From: Chiloscyllium plagiosum
Taxonomy: Eukaryota
NCBI RefSeq assembly: GCF_004010195.1
Contig: NC_057750.1
Span: forward strand, 1,772,606-1,794,472
DNA: 21,867 nt
Reading direction: 5' to 3'
Part shown: one piece after another, positions 12,321-20,919 of the stretch
How the letters are laid out: each line of letters opens with the position of its first letter
How positions within the stretch are numbered: position 1 is the first letter of the stretch
Notes under the pieces: generated by a model
Told to the model about the DNA's origin: nothing
The model's database searches: none
What the model saw: only the letters and a program-made list of their open reading frames with translations
Made by a program: the position numbers and the translations under genes

Positions 12321-13185
12321 CCTCCAAACAGACCCCACCACCAAGGATATATTCCCCTCCCCTCCCCTATCAGCGTTCCGGAAAGACCACTCCCTCCGTG
12401 ACTCCCTCGTCAGGTCCACACCCCCCACCAACCCAACCTCCACTCCCGGCACCTTCCCCTGCAACCGCAAGAAATGCAAAACTTGCGCCCACACCTCCCC
12501 CCTCACTTCCTTCCAAGGCCTCAAGTGATCCTTCCATATCCATCACAAATTCACCTGCACCTCCACACACATCATTTACTGCATCCGTTGCACCCGATGT
12601 GGCCTCCTCTACATTGGGGAGACAGGCCGCCTACTTGGGGAACGTTTCAGAGAACACCTCTGGGACACCCGCACCAACCAACCCAACTGCCCCGTGGTTG
12701 AACACTTTAACTCCTCCTCCCACTTCACCAAGGACATGCAGGTCCTTGGCCGCCTCCATCGCCAGACCATGGCAACACGATGCCTGGAGGAAGAGCGCCT
12801 CATCTTCTGCCTAGGAACCCTCCAACTACAAGGGATGAATGCAGATTTCTCCAGCTTCCTCATTTCCCCTCCCCCACGTTATCTCAGTCCTAACCCTCGG
12901 ACTCAGCACCGTCTTCTTGACCTGCAATCTTCTTCCTGACCTCTCTGGCCTATCATCCTCACCTTAACCTCCTTCCACCTATCGCATTTCCAATGCCCCT
13001 CCCCTAAGTCCCTCCTCCCTACCTTTTATCTTAGCCTGCTTGGCACACCCTCCTCATTCCTGAAGAAGGGCTTATGCCCGAAACGTCGATTCTCCTGCTC
13101 CTTGGATGCTGCCTGACCTGCTGCGCTTTTCCAGCAACACATTTTTCAGCTCTGATCTCCAGCATCTGCAGTCCTCACTTTCTCC
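12321..13185 (+). mobile_element. PLE family A (Neptune-type), young 5'-truncated copy with GIY-YIG endonuclease, HHR motif and perfect 12-bp TSD
   Basis: Frame from 12319 reads PGTFPCNRKKCKTCAH (Cys-rich linker)...IIYCIRCTRCGLLYIGETGRLLGERFREH...VEHFN...LEEERLIFCLGTLQLQGMN, with one in-frame stop (TGA 12526-12528), ending at 12939. TSD CTGTTGAAATCA at 12309-12320 and 13186-13197. Confidence 0.93.
13057..13090 (+). ncRNA. Minimal (dimer-type) hammerhead ribozyme motif of PLE family A, core intact
   Basis: CTGAAGA (13060-13066) A, stem II GGGC-TTAT-GCCC, GAAA, loopless palindromic stem III ACGT, cleavage triplet GTC (13085-13087); stem I only about 2 bp. Confidence 0.7.
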
Positions 13186-14649
13186 CTGTTGAAATCAGGA
13201 GCTTGTATTGAAGCTGCTCCATGGTCTGTCTAACTGAATCGTTTCTTCCAGATTATGGTGTTCCATATGGTACTATATACCTTGTCTAAGTTTCCCTGTT
13301 TCATGTATCACTCTGCAAAATGTCAGCAGGCTGTTGACAGTGGGAGAATATAATAGATTGGCCTGATCCTATCTTTATACGTTGTTTTGATGCTCCCAAT
13401 CAAAATGGAGTCATGATTGTGAGGGGAAACCTTGGTTTCCCATCTTCTTCACCATTCCTACCACCAGACAATGAAGCCATTTGTAGTATAGAACTCTGAT
13501 TTGACCCATTCCTCGGCATAAAATAAGGAATCAAACTTTGAGCTGTACTGAGCAACAGATTCAGTCATGCCATTGTGGGATTATTTAGTTTTAACCTATT
13601 TCAAAATCAACATGCAAGCCCTAATTGCAGTGAAATGTACTCTGAAATTAAACAGGGTATTTTCACTATTCAGAGACCTGACTGTAAAGAGAAAGTCCTG
13701 TTTCCGTTTGAGTGATTTGCAGTGTGATTTTATACAGATTTTTCTCTCTCTATCCAGTGTGTGCCAATGCTGAGTGCTCTTTGAATGCTAATGAATACCA
13801 GATGTAGATGGCTGCAGAAATGATGTCATACACTGGGAGTTAGTTCTTGGCTTAATAACTGTTCCAGATGGGACTGCAAAAGGGGTGGGCCTGAGGTGGG
13901 GTGGTTGAAAAATATTGTTTTTTAGAAGAATTATGACTTAGTTTTTGTGTTTGTATGCACATTTGGGTATGATTCATTGAGTTCATTGTGTAATTGGGAT
14001 CTAATAATCTAATACACTGCAGACAATAGGCTTTTTGTATGTTCCTAAAGTTTGTGTTAATTCAATCATTCAAAATTTTTGGAGATGTACCGGATGCAGT
14101 ATCTACCCAGTTGATAACTTATTTATATAGATCACTTTTTGTATGTGTTGCTGTTACGTTCTGAAACCAAAAATGTATTTTCTTTACAGGTGTTCTAAAT
14201 TCATTGGTACTCTTCCTCCTCCTTTCCTGTGACCAGTACTATCTCTCCTCAGCATGCACATTTTTCCTGTTCTTGTTAAGCTTAAGCTCTCTATGATGTC
14301 CTGAGTGCAGGGAGAAATGTGTTGTAAAAGGAATCATTCCCATAAATGTAAATATTCCTACTCCAGAGTGCTCCCATTAGAATATCATTTCTAAAGAAAA
14401 GTATTGAATGTGATTATAATTAAATTTGCAAAAACTTAACCATGCATGTTTGATTTTGTCAAAAGAAAATTTTGAAGTCTGAAACCAAGTTGGTGTTTCT
14501 GCAAGTGTCAGTTTATGTGGGCCTGCACCTGTGGGTATCCATGTAGCAAGCCATGAATTGGTGCTCTCAATTCTCCCCACACCTATGTCAATCTGTCTTG
14601 TATGTTGCTGCATGACTGGGTGCCAGCAACAGAGTATGGGGATTCAAAA

Positions 14650-14772
14650 AATCAGAATAGAGCAGATGTTGGAAATCTGAAATAAGCTGAAAATACTTAG
14701 CAAGTGAGGTTGCATCTGTGGGGATAAAAATTAAGTTAACATTTCAGGTTGTTGAACTTGCATCATGACTAA
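14650..14772 (-). repeat. Old diverged PLE-type terminal unit related to family A
   Basis: Reverse complement reads AGTCATGATG..CCTGAAATGTTAACT..CAGATGCAACCTCACTTGCT..CAGATTTCCAACATCTGC, collinear with 13057-13170. Confidence 0.45.
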
Positions 14773-15133
14773 GGAAAATTTAAAATGGGATCAGTCTTTA
14801 AGTTAATGAGGGGCAGGTGGGGAAGAAGTTCAAGGGAAAGGTCTGTGATAACGTGGAAGGCAGGAATAGTAGGCATAAATGTTGGAGGGAGATTGAACTT
14901 TTTTGTCACTTCAGATTTCCAATTTTAGTTGCAACACTTGGAGAAAAGAGAGTAGTTCTCAGTTTATTTCTTAACAATACATACAGGTTTCGGTGAAGAC
15001 CTAAGAGCAGAATGAATTGCACAAAGCGTGTCCAAGGAGAAAAGAGAATTGTAGAAATTGGCTCAAAAGTCCACTTAGAAAATGTGTATTTAGCATTACT
15101 ATGTTATTGATGTTTTTGTTTTGTTTTAAACAG

Positions 15134-15447
15134 TGACAACATGAAACCCTAACTTCAAGAGGCAAGATTACGAAAGAAGCTTTCAATGGTCTCCTATCAG
15201 AACTCTCCTGAAATTGTTTCATCATTCAATTGCCAGTGTTGACGGTGGTCTCTTGGACTGTTGCATCTTGAAGGAGAGGGGGCTGGTGAAAAGAGAATAT
15301 TGGATCGCCTCAAAATGTTTGGACAGAAAAGACACCGACTCCTACAAAGTCGGTAATCTTACTATCCAAGCTGAAAACATGTGACGTTCTTCTGTCAGTT
15401 GGGAGCCAGAGAGAGAGAGAGACAGATAATCGTGCAGGCTTGCGATC
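15134..15447 (+). promoter_or_regulatory. Probable 5' UTR part of the start-codon exon, with four uORFs
   Basis: Acceptor TGTTTTTGTTTTGTTTTAAACAG (AG 15132-15133) followed by unique sequence up to the ATG. A weaker alternative acceptor is ATACAG at 14981-14986. Confidence 0.55.
15408..15422 (+). repeat. (AG)n microsatellite in the putative 5' UTR about 25 nt upstream of the ATG
   Basis: AGAGAGAGAGAGAGA read directly. Confidence 0.9.
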
Positions 15448-15643
15448 ATGATGTTTCGGGATCAAGTTGGTGTGCTAGCTGGGTGGTTTAAAGGATGGAA
15501 TGAATGTGAGCAGACAGTAGCCCTGTTATCTCTGTTGAAGAGGGTCAGTCGGACCCAGGCTCGCTTTCTTCAGATCTGCTTGGAGCATTCGCTGGCCGAC
15601 TGCACTGACATCCACATACTAGAAGGTGAAGCCAATGATGCTG
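15448..15643 (+). CDS. SAMD4B: First coding exon of a Smaug homolog (SAMD4 family RNA-binding translational repressor); more like SAMD4B than SAMD4A
   Basis: Translation [65 protein letters not shown] matches the conserved vertebrate Smaug N-terminus. Similarity ends at the donor CTG|GTAAGT (GT 15644), giving 196 coding nt, phase 1. RTQ and DIH favour SAMD4B; VGVL and VS resemble SAMD4A. Family is secure, paralog is less so. Confidence 0.9.
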
Positions 15644-16024
15644 GTAAGTCTTGTTTCCTTCAACCTGGGCCTCAGTCATCAAAATTAATTAAAATTCTTG
15701 TCTTTCGATGTTTTAATGAAAGCTGGAATTTTCATACTCTTGCATTTTGCAGTATGGATTATTGAATGGCAGTTGGCAGCAAGAACTGATGTAGTGCAAG
15801 TTCATGCAGGCTTACTGCTGTATTCCTCATTCAGTTGGCTTGGCTGCATAGAGCAAGTAGCCTAATGCATGTAGTTAATCAAATTCCCAGCTGAGGACTT
15901 TGAGTCAGTATTTAAACACTTGGATTTTTTATCTCTGAAAATATGCTGTTTTATGGCATTTAAAATTGGAGATTTTAGACAGTAGTTTCTGGATTAAGTA
16001 GTTGATTATTTACTGTCGGATTTT

Positions 16025-16465
16025 TAAAAATTAATCCATGCAATATGGGTGTCACTAGGCCAGCATTTGACTGCCCATCCTATTTAGTGAGTGGGCAGTT
16101 AAGAGTCAACTATATCACTATGATTCTGGACATGAAGTCCAGATCTGGTAAAGACAGCAGATTTCCTTCCCTAAAGGACGTTAATGAATCAGTTTTTTTT
16201 TGCAACAATCGACATGGTCACTGAAGCCAGTTTTTTTAAGTCCATATTTTCTTATTGAATTCAAATTTCTTCTTCTGCCATGATGGGATTTGAGCTGAAA
16301 AATGTGTTGCTGGAAAAGCACAGCAGGTCAGGCAGCATCCAATGAGCAGGAGAATCGACATTTCGGGCATAAGCCCTTCTTCAGGATGGGATTTGAACCC
16401 GTGTATCTAGAAAATTAGTTTGGGGTACTGGATTATCAACCCAGTGATATTACGATCTTCCACTG
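16025..16465 (-). mobile_element. tRNA-derived SINE with LINE-like 3' tail, interrupted at its B-box by a PLE fragment
   Basis: Reverse-strand B-box GGGTTCAAATCCCA (16387-16400). Tail about 16030-16082 (rc GGATGGGCAGTCAAATGCTGGCCTAG) is homologous to about 18489-18540 (GGACAGGCAATAAATGTTGGCCCTG). Confidence 0.75.
16294..16384 (-). mobile_element. 91-bp HHR-headed solo terminal unit of PLE family A with perfect 12-bp TSD
   Basis: Reverse complement of 13060-13150 with 3 mismatches; TSD GATGGGATTTGA at 16282-16293 and 16385-16396. Confidence 0.93.
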
Positions 16466-17062
16466 TCTATATTACACACAACAGAAATGATTTTAATGGC
16501 ACTGGTAGACAATTGATGCACATTTATGTCTGACCACTTAATGAATATTGTCTATGATTATTTTGTCAGATTGAGGCACACTGAATCATCCAATCTTTGA
16601 ATCAAAAATACTGATGTTAACTACTGCCTGATTGTACTTTAGAAGCTGAGAGGAAAACCAAATTCACCCTTAAAATCATTTAAGTTGGACCTTGTCTAGC
16701 TGGGAGTAGACAGGATAACAATTCTTTATTTGCACTTGACCCTGATCTTTCACATGTTTTAAATATGGATGTATGAAATTATCTATCATTTCAGTTAAAA
16801 ATTGCACAAGATCATTTCATAGTTTTAGTTAGTGGCTATGTACATGGATTTGGCAAAGCAGAATGTCAGCCCAACTAATTGATGTCAGTCATTTCGTTTT
16901 ACGTATTTATTACAATATTAATTTCAACTGTTGATACTTCATTGAGAGCTCTAAAAATTTATCCGATATTGGAAATATTTTGATGTAGCTAATAAACTGA
17001 CATTAGTTGTCAAAGGAGATTGGCAGATTCAGGAAAATGCCTATGATATATGCTATATGACT

Positions 17063-17183
17063 AGCGAGTTTTGAGAAGATTTGTAGCTCTGTGTGTAGGT
17101 TTGCTCGTTGAGCTGGAAAGTTCGTTTTCAGACGTTTAATGTCTGAAAATGAACCTTCCAGCTCAGCGAGCAAACCTACATCC
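17063..17183. mobile_element. Head-to-head palindromic insertion of two PLE family B terminal fragments with 13-bp TSD
   Basis: 43-bp arms at 17094-17136 and 17138-17180 (4 mismatches, 1-nt spacer), homologous to about 5383-5425; TSD AT(G/A)CTATATGACT at 17050-17062 and 17184-17196. Confidence 0.88.
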
Positions 17184-17344
17184 ATACTATATGACTGTTC
17201 TATGAAAAACAGCTCTGCTTTTATCAATTTATATTTATATGCAAAGCTTTAAATCTTTATACAGCTTTTATTTGTATAATCACCTGAGATTTTTTATCAT
17301 CTATGATTTTATTTGGGAATGAATGATTTAGTAAGCTAGCGTCT

Positions 17345-18553
17345 TTGGGTCAAAATCATAGAATTCCCTCACTGATGGGGTTGAGGGTGTTCCTACAACA
17401 CATGGACTGCAGTGAATCAGTAGACAATAGGTGCAGGAGTAGGCCATTCTGCCCTTCGAGCCTGCACCACCATTCAATATGATCATGGCTGATCATCCTT
17501 AATCAGTATCCTGTTCCTGCCTTATCTCCATAACCCTTGATTCCACAATCCTTGAGAGCTCTATCCAACTCTTTCTTAAATGAATCCAGAGACTGGGCCT
17601 CCACTGCCCTCTGGGGCAGAGCATTCCACACAGCCACCACTCTCTGGGTGAAGAAGTTTCTCCTCATCTCTGTCCTAAATGGTTTAACCCGTATTTTAAG
17701 CTGTGTCCTCTATTTCGGCACTCACCCATCAACGGAAACATGTTTCCTGCCTCCAGAATGTCCAATCCTTTAGTAATCTTATATGTCTCAATCATATTCC
17801 CTCTCAGTCTTCTAAACTCAAGGGTATACAAGCCCAGTCGCTCCAGTCTTTCAGTGTAAGGTAATCCCGCCATTCCAGGAATTGACCTCATGAACCTACG
17901 CTGCACTCCCTCAATAGCCAGAATGTCTTTCCTCAAATTTGGAGACCAGAACTGCACACAGTACTCCAGGTGTGGTCTCACCAGGACCCTGTATAGCTGC
18001 AGAAGAATCTCTTTGCTTCTATCCTCAATCCCTCTTGTTATGAAGGCCAGCATGCTATTAGCCTTCTTCACTACCTGCTGTACCTGCATGCTTACTTTCA
18101 TTGACTGGTGTACAAGAACACCCAGATCTCGCTGTACTGCCCCTTTACCTAAATTGATTCCATTTAGGTCGTAGTCTGCCTTCCTGTTCTTGCTACCACA
18201 GTGGATAACCATACATTTATCCACATTAAACTGCATCTGCCATGCATCTGACCACTCACCTAACTTGTCCAGGTCACCCTGTAATCTCCTAACATCCTCA
18301 TCACATTTCACCCTGCCACCCAGCTTAGTTTCATCAGCAAATTTGTAAATGTTATTACTAATACCATCCTCTATATCATTAACATATATTGTAAAAAGCT
18401 GCGGTCCCAGTACTGATCCCTGCAGTACCCCACTGGTCACTGCCTGCCATTTAAGAAGGCAGCTCGCCACCACATTAAGGATCACAAAGGACAGGCAATA
18501 AATGTTGGCCCTGCCAACGATGCCCACATCGTATGAGTGATTTCTAAAAAAAA
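17345..18553 (+). repeat. Older LINE 3'-end remnant (about 17345-17415 plus 18452-18553) split by a CR1 insertion
   Basis: CATGGACTGCAG (left) and AAGAAGGCAGCTCGCCACCAC...GGCAATAAATGTTGGCC...A-tail (right) read as one contiguous 3' end; the tail is shared with the SINE at 16025-16465. Confidence 0.6.
17421..18451 (-). mobile_element. Relatively young 5'-truncated CR1-clade LINE (RT catalytic region to 3' UTR)
   Basis: ORF 17664..18617 gives WQAVTSGVLQGSVLGPQLFTIYVND, KFADETKLGG, WQMQFNVDKC, RDLGVLV, LVRPHLEYCVQFWSP; the tail begins TAGACAATAG. Confidence 0.95.
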
Positions 18554-18917
18554 TTTCAGCCTTTTGATTTGGTCCAGCTTTTAGTGGTATTGTGACTGAT
18601 CTGTATCCCAACTCCACTCACTCATTTTGGCTCATAGCCTTAATATACTTGGCTAGAAAAATCATTGAGCTAACATCTATGGCTTTTTGTGGAAAAAGTT
18701 CCACATTTCTATCATCTTTTGCCTGAAGTGATTTCAAACTTCTTTCCTGAACTTACTGCCTTTTGACTTTTAATATATTTCTTTTCCGATGCCATTGAAA
18801 ACATTCGTCTGTCTAATAAATTCCTTTCCAAATTGTTTTAAAAAAAAAGCAATTTTAATTTCATAACACCACAAAGTTTGTAAAGAGGGGCTAAATCAAA
18901 GAATTGTGGCTAAATAG

Positions 18918-18969
18918 CACATTACACACACACATTATGCACACACACACATTATGCACACACACACAT
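18918..18969 (+). repeat. Compound (CA)n microsatellite with repeated CATTATG interruptions
   Basis: CACATTACACACACACATTATGCACACACACACATTATGCACACACACACAT read directly. Confidence 0.9.
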
Positions 18970-18973
18970 CACC

Positions 18974-19067
18974 TTCTTGATAAAGGGCTTATGCCTGAAA
19001 CATCGACTTTCCTCCTTGGATGCTGTCTAACCCGCTGTGCTTTTCCAGTACCGCACTTTTCAACTCT
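18974..19067 (+). mobile_element. Diverged HHR-headed solo terminal unit of PLE family A
   Basis: TTCTTGATAAAGGGCTTATGCCTGAAACATCGAC...CCTTGGATGCTG..CTGTGCTTTTCCAG is collinear with 13057-13152; HHR core is mutated; no clear TSD. Confidence 0.85.
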
Positions 19068-19917
19068 ACGGATTTTGATTAGAGTCTGGTTGTCCAATGC
19101 AGCAGATTAATCGTCTTGATGACATTTCATTTAAGCCCCCTTCAATATAGACAAAGTGTTTTGATTCATTTCTTCGTAATCTGGAATGGAAGAAATCAAA
19201 GGAATCCATTCATCCTCAAATTCCATATTTAATCGATTATCTGTAATTTCCACCAGCCGCCAGTGTAACCCCACAACTGAACATATTCTGCCCTTTTCAG
19301 TATTCTGAAGGAACTGTCCGTCTTAAAAAGAACATAAAAGATGGAGGGCAGGAAAAATTTCTGGCTGTAAGAGCTGCTCCTTTTTTATTTTGAGGTATTT
19401 TAAGTGTTGGAGGTGATTTCCTCGAATTCCAGGAGCAGCAATTACTGTTTATATGCTGTTTCATTGTTTTGGAACTTTGGAAAAAATAAGTCAAAACAAC
19501 AGCAGTTTAACAGGGAGAAGAGCAGACAAAGGAAGCACATGGTGAGGACAGTGCATGTGAGAGAGAGAGAGAACCTGCACAGTTACCGCCTTTGCTGTTT
19601 GAATTCGTGTATCGCTGCACATGGGAGTGCATCTGGGAAAATGAACAAACAGTGAAATTCACAACTAATCTTGGAGGAACTGTTGGGTGAAGTTCACAGC
19701 ACAGAATCAGATAAGTTAATTGTTGTTTTAAGTCTGTCCAAGAGAGAGGCTGCAGTAGTGAGCATAGTGGATTCTTTCTTGATTATATGTTTTTGGAGAT
19801 AGGTCTCTTGATTAAACTTAAAATATAAGCCATAGCTATTAATTTAACCTGGGGCAGTGTTTGTAGAGGAGTAAGATGGTGTTATTTTCTGGGTCTGTAG
19901 ATTGTGAAGGAGCAAAA

Positions 19918-20800
19918 ATGGCCTTTGCAGTGATATGCACTTGTCAGATGTGGGAGTTTAAAGAGAGTTTAAGGGTTACTGTGGATTATATCTGCCATCT
20001 TATTAGATCGTGTGGATTGGTTGGAGAGACAGCTAGAAGTGATGAGGAATTTGCAACAGTATGTGATGGATGGTGGGAAAGTCTCAGATACAGTCACTTA
20101 GATGGGTTAACTCCAGGAAGGGTGAGAGAGGTCGGCACCTAGGGCTGGAGTCTTTTGTGGATATACCCATTTCAAACAGGTATGCTGTTTGGGAAAATGT
20201 AGGGGGTGTTGGATTCTCAGGGGAACGTAGCTCGAACAGCCAAGTTTCTGGTATTGAGACTGGCTCTAATGCAACGAGGGGTAGGTCAGCTTCCAAGAGA
20301 TCAGTTGTTCGTGGATTCTGTAGTCAGAGGTACAGACAGGCGTTTCTGTGGCCAGCAGAAAAAAAGCAGAATGTTGTGTTGTTTCCCTGATGCCAGGATC
20401 AAGGATGTCTGAGAGGGTGCAGAATGTTCTCACAGGGGAGAGGGGCCACCAAGAGATCATTGTCCACATTGGAACCAACGATATAAGAAGGGAAACGGTT
20501 GAGATTCTGAAGGGAGATTACAGAGAGCTCGGCAGATATTTAAAAAGGAAGTCCTCAAGGGTAGTAATATCTGGATTACTCCCAGTGCTACGAGCTAATG
20601 AGGGCAGGAATAGGAGGATAGAGCAGATGAATGCATGGCTGAGGAGCTGGGGTATGGGAGAAGGATTCACATTTTTAGGTCATTGGAATCTCTTTTGGGG
20701 TAGAAGTGACCTGTACAAAGATGGATTGCACCTAAATAGGAAGGGGACTAATATACTGACAGGAAAACTTGTTAGAACTGCTTGGGAGGATTTAAATTAG
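19918..20800 (+). pseudogene. CR1 ORF1 remnant with N-terminal Cys motif and SGNH/GDSL esterase-like domain
   Basis: MAFAVICTCQMWE; VDSVVRG (block I-like), IIVHIGTNDI (block III), VVISGLLPV, NAWLRSW, DGLHLN..G (block V), spread over several frames. Confidence 0.85.
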
Positions 20801-20919
20801 TAAGGTGGTGGGATGGGACCCAGGGAGATAGTGAGGAAAGAGATCGAACTGAGACGGGTACAGCTGAGAACAGAAGTGAGTCAAACAGTCAGGGCAGGCA
20901 GAGACAAGGTAGGACTAAT

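Noticed and set aside
12398..12814. 138-aa Pro/Ser/Thr-rich ORF and overlapping antisense ORFs
   Set aside because: Alternative frames of the C-rich PLE endonuclease region; the meaningful frame starts at 12319.
14170..14200. Strong acceptor-like ATTTTCTTTACAG|G (AG 14188-14189) as an extra 5' UTR exon
   Set aside because: No convincing donor nearby and no transcript evidence; possible but unsupported.
15644..15765. C-terminal 40 aa of the 105-aa ORF 15448..15765
   Set aside because: Read-through into intron past the consensus donor GTAAGT; Smaug similarity stops at the donor.
16387..16465. tRNA gene
   Set aside because: Only a B-box-like motif within a SINE head; no cloverleaf could be folded.
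17664..18617. 317-aa ORF as an intact or domesticated RT gene
   Set aside because: Chimeric: the first ~55 aa come from flanking sequence, the N-terminal RT motifs are absent, the catalytic FADD reads FADE, and the C-terminus is frameshifted.
18600..18830. Possible very old CR1 3' end
   Set aside because: Only scattered short matches; no translatable motif recovered.
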